In this document: positions 59,342-64,000 of the stretch, in pieces
How the letters are laid out: each line of letters starts with the position of its first letter
Numbering within the stretch: position 1 is the stretch's first letter
Assembly: GCA_942491115.1 (NCBI GenBank)
Contig: CALNZV010000019.1
Span: forward strand, 42,142-106,141
Reading direction: 5' to 3'
DNA: 64,000 nucleotides
Source of the DNA: an uncultured Desulfobacteraceae bacterium
Lineage (GTDB): Bacteria; Desulfobacterota; Desulfobacteria; Desulfobacterales; UBA5852
Position numbers and translations under genes: made by a program
Notes under the pieces: model-generated
The model's input: the letters and a program-made list of their open reading frames with translations, nothing else
Database searches by the model: none
What the model was told of the DNA's origin: nothing

Positions 59342-59355
59342 TATCAAAAAAGCTG

Positions 59356-59382
59356 TTGACTTCGCCCCGAACAGCGTATAAT
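59356..59382 (+). promoter_or_regulatory. Candidate promoter for tRNA-Asn
   Basis: TTGACT-N15-TATAAT (short spacer), ending 18 nt before the tRNA. Confidence 0.5.
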
Positions 59383-59400
59383 TAGATTTGCTTTAGTTGA

Positions 59401-59476
59401 TCCCCAGTAGCTCAGTTGGCAGAGCAGATGGCTGTTAACCATCGGGTCCGCGGTTCGAGTCCGTGCTGGGGAGCCA
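59401..59476 (+). tRNA. tRNA-Asn (GTT)
   Basis: TCCCCAG acceptor, GATGG-CTGTTAA-CCATC anticodon arm, GTTCGAGT T-loop, encoded CCA; 76 nt. Confidence 0.97.
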
Positions 59477-59484
59477 TAAAAATT

Positions 59485-59520
59485 AAGGGATTGGCCGCAA
59501 TTGGCCAGTCCCTTTTCTTT
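59485..59520 (+). terminator. Rho-independent terminator after tRNA-Asn
   Basis: AAGGGATTGGCC-GCAATT-GGCCAGTCCCTT followed by a T-run. Confidence 0.8.
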
Positions 59521-60460
59521 TATGTGCAAGAATCCAAGTGAGAAACCTTCCGATTCGTTTCAACGACCGTTGCTTCCGGAGAAGTCTTTTTTCCGCCCTG
59601 ATTCTTTTCTGACAAGGATATCGCCATCACCGCCTATCCATCCCGTTCCGAGGGGGTGGCCGCTTCAATGGTTTCGGCCGATCCTTCGGGGAGAGACGAT
59701 TAAGAGGGGCCGGAGGGCGATGGCAACCATGGGCGTCGTCGATACCCAACGTTCCCGTGATTAGTCCGATACCCAGGTTATCTTTGAGCAATGCCCCGAT
59801 GATGTGGCACCGTTGCGTGTAAACGAACACGGCCGGGTCGCCTATCAACGACGCCTTCTTTGCGTAGCAGTCTCCGGCGCCGTTTCAAGGCGACACTCGA
59901 GTCATGCAGCTCGACTCCATGGGCTGCAGCGACACGCCTCGCTTTACGGAGGTTCATAGGGAATTTCTGCGCATCGATATCGTCGACCCGTCTTTAGAGA
60001 GCCGTGCCCCCCGTCCCATCAAAGACCGGTCCCAAATGAATGCTATTGCACTGCAGGGCCTCACCGACGAGCCGAACAAACGCCGTCAGTGTCAAACTGC
60101 CTGCTACCGTTACGGTCGGTGGGATATCACATGTCCGGCCGCGACGCCCCAGCCCCCCTCAAGGTGGCAGCGATGGGGTCAAAGGAGCTGCTGCCGTTCG
60201 GCAGCACCCGATTCCCATCGGGGGAGCGCATCCGTTTGTCAGGGATTAGGCCTCCTTTTCAATGGGATGCATTGTCGGGTTTCCTTTGAGTTGCCATAGA
60301 TTTTCCAGGTGAATGGGTGTGGAAAGGTAATCCCCATAAGAAGATAGATGGGTTTAGCCATAAAAATCAAGGTGTTTTCATTGTTATCGTTTTAGTCTAT
60401 CATGGTCATCTGACTTGTGGTTGGAGAACTGCATCAACTGGAATGGCTTTGGAGAATGGA

Positions 60461-61579
60461 ATGACCCTTCGGTTCCTCCATACATCGGACTGGCAGATCG
60501 GCATGAGGGCGGAGTCGGCAGGCCCGGCGGCCCGGCGGGTGCGTGCCGAACGGCTGGCGGCGGCGGAACGCGTCGTCGAGGCGGCCAGTGCCCACGGTTG
60601 CCGAATGATCATGATCACCGGGGACATTTTTGAAGACAATGCCGTGGACCGGCTCCTCGTCCGAAAGGTGGGAGACATTCTTGGGGGCTTCGAAGCGCCC
60701 ATTTTCATCATCCCGGGCAATCACGATCCCCTGACCCCGGGGTCGGTCTGGGAGCACCATGTCTGGCGTGAGAAAAAAAACGTCACGGTCCTCACCACGC
60801 CGGAACCTGTCGAACTGGATGACTGCATTCTCTACCCCTGCCCTCTCAGGGAAAAATACGCCTCGAAAGACCCCACGACATGGATCGATGCGCGTGGCGC
60901 TGTCAAGCTTGCCATCGGTATGGCCCACGGCAACGTCGACGGTTTGCCCACCGAAGAACCCGACTATCCGATTCCCCGCGACGCCCCCGCCCGCAGCGGT
61001 CTGGACTACCTGGCACTGGGCCACTGGCATTCCCTCTCCCGGTTCGACGATGAGGAGGGTGCGTGCCGCATGGCCTATTCTGGGACTCACGAAACCACCA
61101 AATTCGGAGAGCGCGACAGCGGCAAGGCGCTTCTGGTGGACATCGCCGGACGCGGCGCGGCCCCGCATCTGACCGCTATCACCACAGGGCGGCTGGCCTG
61201 GGAGACCCTTCGACGATCCATCGATCAGCCCGGAGCAATGGATGCCCTGGCCAATGCGGTAGACGCGGTGGAGGTACCCGGCGACACCCTGATGCGAATT
61301 CAACTCGAGGGTATCCTGTTCATGGAAGACCGGGAGACCCTGAGCGGGATCGAAGAGATGTTGTCCGCCCGATTCCTGTTCGGTTCGATGGATGCGGGCC
61401 GACTCACTCCCGCCCCGGACGACGACCACTGGATCGACGCTCTGCCGGCGGGGCCTCTCAGGGAAGCCGCGTCACGGCTTAAAGCCATAGCGTCCCAATC
61501 CGCATCCGAGGAGGAACGGGCAGTGGCCACCCAGGCGCTGCTCCAGCTCTTCGATCTCCAGGAAAAGAGCCGCCCATGA
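60461..61579 (+). CDS. SbcD/Mre11/YhaO-like metallophosphoesterase (DNA nuclease)
   Basis: FLHTSDWQIG, ITGDIFED, IPGNHD, MAHG, LALGHWH, YSGTHE. Start at the ATG at 60461 after GGAG. Confidence 0.9.
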   Translation: MTLRFLHTSDWQIGMRAESAGPAARRVRAERLAAAERVVEAASAHGCRMIMITGDIFEDNAVDRLLVRKVGDILGGFEAPIFIIPGNHDPLTPGSVWEHHVWREKKNVTVLTTPEPVELDDCILYPCPLREKYASKDPTTWIDARGAVKLAIGMAHGNVDGLPTEEPDYPIPRDAPARSGLDYLALGHWHSLSRFDDEEGACRMAYSGTHETTKFGERDSGKALLVDIAGRGAAPHLTAITTGRLAWETLRRSIDQPGAMDALANAVDAVEVPGDTLMRIQLEGILFMEDRETLSGIEEMLSARFLFGSMDAGRLTPAPDDDHWIDALPAGPLREAASRLKAIASQSASEEERAVATQALLQLFDLQEKSRP

Positions 61580-64000
61580 TGCTTCACGCCCTTCGGGTAT
61601 CCCACTGGCGAAGCCTTCTTGACACCGTGGCCATCGGGCCTTTCAGCGACCGCCTGAACGTGGTTCACGCGCCCAACGGAACCGGCAAGTCCTCCCTTTT
61701 CGAGGCGATGCGCCGTGGGCTGTTCGACGCCCACCAGGTCAAGGGAAAGGACATCGAAGCCGTTCGACCCTGGGGTCGGCGCCTGGCACCCGGCGTCCGG
61801 ATCGACTTCTCTCAATCCGGTGTCACCTACCGGATGGAAAAAACCTTTCTCGACACCCCCCGGTCGCGGCTATCGAGATTCGAGGAGGGACATTGTCGAC
61901 CCCTCGCCGATGGCCGGAACGCCGACACCATGATCCGGGAGATTCTCTCCGCTCAGGAAGGGCCTGGCCGGGGGCTTTCCAGGCAGGAACACTGGGGGAT
62001 GGCCCAGGCGCTGTGGGTACCCCAGGGGGCGTTGCATTTGGAGTCCCTCTCGGAGATGGTCACTGGGCAAATCCGATCTGCCCTGGGCGTTCAGATCAGC
62101 GGAGAGGGGGGAAGCCGCCTCGAGGAATTGCTTGCCGAGCTCTACCTCGACCACTTCACCAAGGGCGGGAGAATGAAAACCGGCAAGCAGGCCCCACCCC
62201 TCACTGGCTTGTTGGGTCAGCGCGATGCCGCTGCCCACACCCATCGACGGTGTCTGGTTCAACAACAGCAGTTTGAGGAAGCCTCGCGGGCGGTGGAAGA
62301 TGCCCGCCTGAAGCGAAGGCAACTGAGGATACAGGCTGACGCCCTTCGGGAGACGGTCAACCAAACCCGCCGGCAGGTGGAGGCCTGGCAGGCGCTCCAG
62401 GATGCCCTTGAACACAAACGCCGGGAGGAAAAAGCCGCGCGAGAGCGCTACGATGCCTTGCACCGGTCATTGGAGATGATCCGAAAGACCAGTGAGGAAA
62501 TCGACAGCTCAGGGATATCGGTTGAATCCGGACTCCAGACCCAAAGCGGGCTCGCGGCGGATCAAAAAGCCTCGGCCAGAGCAGTGGATGACGCCAGAGC
62601 AGCCCTTGAACATGCCCGACGCCGACGCTCCGACCTGGAAACCCTTTCCTCCGAGGTCGACACCGCCCGCCGGTACGTATCGGACTCCAAAGACCGCCAA
62701 ACCCTTTCGGCGCAGGTTGAAAAGCTCCGTCAGCTGGAATCCGATCTGAAACAGTGCGGCGACCGTCGCGCCGAGGTGGTGGCGCCCGAGGAGAACACCA
62801 TCCGTCAGGTCCGTCAAACCCACAGGGCCATGGACAAAGCGGAAGCCGCCCTTCAAGCCTCCCTGATCCACCTGACACTGCGAACCGACCAATCCACGAC
62901 CGTGCGCCGGCGCGGGGCCGAAACCCAGCAAACGGTTGAAAGGGGAAGCGAAACCACCTTTTCAGGGTCCCCCGAGGTCGAAGTGGTGGTCGACGGGTTC
63001 GGGGTCATCCGCGCCTCCGGCCCCGAAGGCAATGCCGAGAGTCATCAGCAGATGCTCCAGGACTCCAGGCGGCAACTCGACACGCTCACCCGCCCCTATG
63101 GCACCCAGGATGCCGAGGGGCTTCAGCTTCTGCGGGACAGAGCAGGGGATCTTGACCGCCAGAGACAGCATTTGAATGAGCAGATAGAGATCCTCCTCGA
63201 CGGAACCACCAGAGATGAACTCATCCAGGGCCTGGCGGAACTGGATATTCGCTGCCGCTCCGCACTAGAGCGGTTTCCGGACTGGGGGAAGACCCCACCG
63301 GCTCTCAGCCAGCTTCAGAGCGCCTTCGACCGACAGCGCAAAACCGTTGAAGAGGCCGTTGACAGCGCTGAAAATGACTGGGAGACTGCACGCGCATCCC
63401 TTCTAACCATCGAAAGGCGGCTGACGGAAACCACCGCCGCCCTGAAAAACGACCGCCTGAACCTCGACAGGGCAAAGGCGCGCCTCAAGGACCTGACGGA
63501 TGGACAGCAGTCTATCGACGCGATGACGTCGGCCAGAACGGAGGCCCTCATGGCGTGGGAGGCCTCGAAAACCAGGGCCGATCAATGTGAAAGGAGACTG
63601 AAGGCATTCACTGCCGATCCCGGGAAATCGCTTCAAGCACTCGAAAAACAATTGGACGCACTGGAAACCGACGAACTGGCCTCCCGGGACGAGGAAAACG
63701 CCGCTGCCGGCCGTCTCTCGACCCTTGCCGCCGAGGGAACCTACTCCAAGCTGTCCGAATCCCAGGAGAACCTGGCGATTCTCGATGAATCGATCCGCCG
63801 CGAGACCCTGCGCTCGGAGGCCATCAACCTTCTCTACGGCACGGTCACGGCCTGCAAGGCGGAAATGCTTTCTGCCGTTGCGGAGCCGGTAGAGCGCGCC
63901 GCTACCCGAATGCTGTCCCGCATCGTGGGTCCCCGCCTGGGCTCTGTCCGCCTCACCGAATCCTTCGTTCCCGCCGGGGTCCACCCCGAGATCACCCCGG
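61576..64000 (+). CDS. SbcC/Rad50/YhaN-like SMC-family ATPase, 3'-truncated by the window edge (absent from the ORF track)
   Basis: ATGA overlap with the nuclease. MMLHALRVSHWRSL, Walker A APNGTGKSS, WVPQG Q-loop, long coiled coil. I read the frame open to base 64000. Confidence 0.9.
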   Translation, partial: MMLHALRVSHWRSLLDTVAIGPFSDRLNVVHAPNGTGKSSLFEAMRRGLFDAHQVKGKDIEAVRPWGRRLAPGVRIDFSQSGVTYRMEKTFLDTPRSRLSRFEEGHCRPLADGRNADTMIREILSAQEGPGRGLSRQEHWGMAQALWVPQGALHLESLSEMVTGQIRSALGVQISGEGGSRLEELLAELYLDHFTKGGRMKTGKQAPPLTGLLGQRDAAAHTHRRCLVQQQQFEEASRAVEDARLKRRQLRIQADALRETVNQTRRQVEAWQALQDALEHKRREEKAARERYDALHRSLEMIRKTSEEIDSSGISVESGLQTQSGLAADQKASARAVDDARAALEHARRRRSDLETLSSEVDTARRYVSDSKDRQTLSAQVEKLRQLESDLKQCGDRRAEVVAPEENTIRQVRQTHRAMDKAEAALQASLIHLTLRTDQSTTVRRRGAETQQTVERGSETTFSGSPEVEVVVDGFGVIRASGPEGNAESHQQMLQDSRRQLDTLTRPYGTQDAEGLQLLRDRAGDLDRQRQHLNEQIEILLDGTTRDELIQGLAELDIRCRSALERFPDWGKTPPALSQLQSAFDRQRKTVEEAVDSAENDWETARASLLTIERRLTETTAALKNDRLNLDRAKARLKDLTDGQQSIDAMTSARTEALMAWEASKTRADQCERRLKAFTADPGKSLQALEKQLDALETDELASRDEENAAAGRLSTLAAEGTYSKLSESQENLAILDESIRRETLRSEAINLLYGTVTACKAEMLSAVAEPVERAATRMLSRIVGPRLGSVRLTESFVPAGVHPEITP

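Noticed and set aside
59501-60320. Short ORFs downstream of tRNA-Asn
   Set aside because: No recognisable motifs, RBS or consistent codon bias; left as unassigned DNA.
841-63984. Long antisense or alternate-frame ORFs (e.g. 841-1737, 15728-16768, 22998-23996, 56184-57074, 60434-61429, 63403-63984)
   Set aside because: Shadow ORFs overlapping confidently identified genes, as expected in GC-rich DNA.
1-64000. CRISPR array, rRNA, transposase, integrase, riboswitch or T-box
   Set aside because: I found no regularly spaced repeats, rRNA signatures, DDE/tyrosine recombinase motifs or recognisable riboswitch consensus by eye. An Rfam/Infernal scan would be needed to exclude ncRNAs.

Overview
Bacterial chromosomal window, GC-rich. 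Gene content suggests an anaerobic sulfate-reducer of the Desulfobacterales type; this is inferred from the Ahb heme pathway genes, a HesB-like selenoprotein and the sensor kinase type. Most of it is housekeeping: hemB, ahbD, ahbB, mscS, rsmE, valS, nadC, lepA, leuCD, ndk, mutY, pepA, rsmA, hisS, aspS, tRNA-Phe and tRNA-Asn. I saw no CRISPR array, rRNA, transposase or integrase. The best candidate for an undescribed system is a five-gene minus-strand envelope-signalling cluster at 44249-50533. It encodes a HAMP class III adenylate cyclase with a degenerate MshEN-like N-terminus, a LysM lipoprotein with an apparently dead polysaccharide deacetylase domain, a LysM-TPR lipoprotein, a Ser/Thr kinase with extracytoplasmic TPRs, and a small LysM lipoprotein. 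Other notable items: an in-frame UGA selenoprotein split by the ORF track, a decayed solute-binding-protein/CheW chimera next to tRNA-Phe, a PopZ-like acidic scaffold upstream of valS, a rhomboid-DnaJ_C fusion, a 53-aa Cys-motif membrane microprotein missed by the track, and an SbcD-like nuclease plus an SMC-like ATPase with no CxxC hook in the visible part, downstream of tRNA-Asn. All family assignments come from motif recognition, not database searches.
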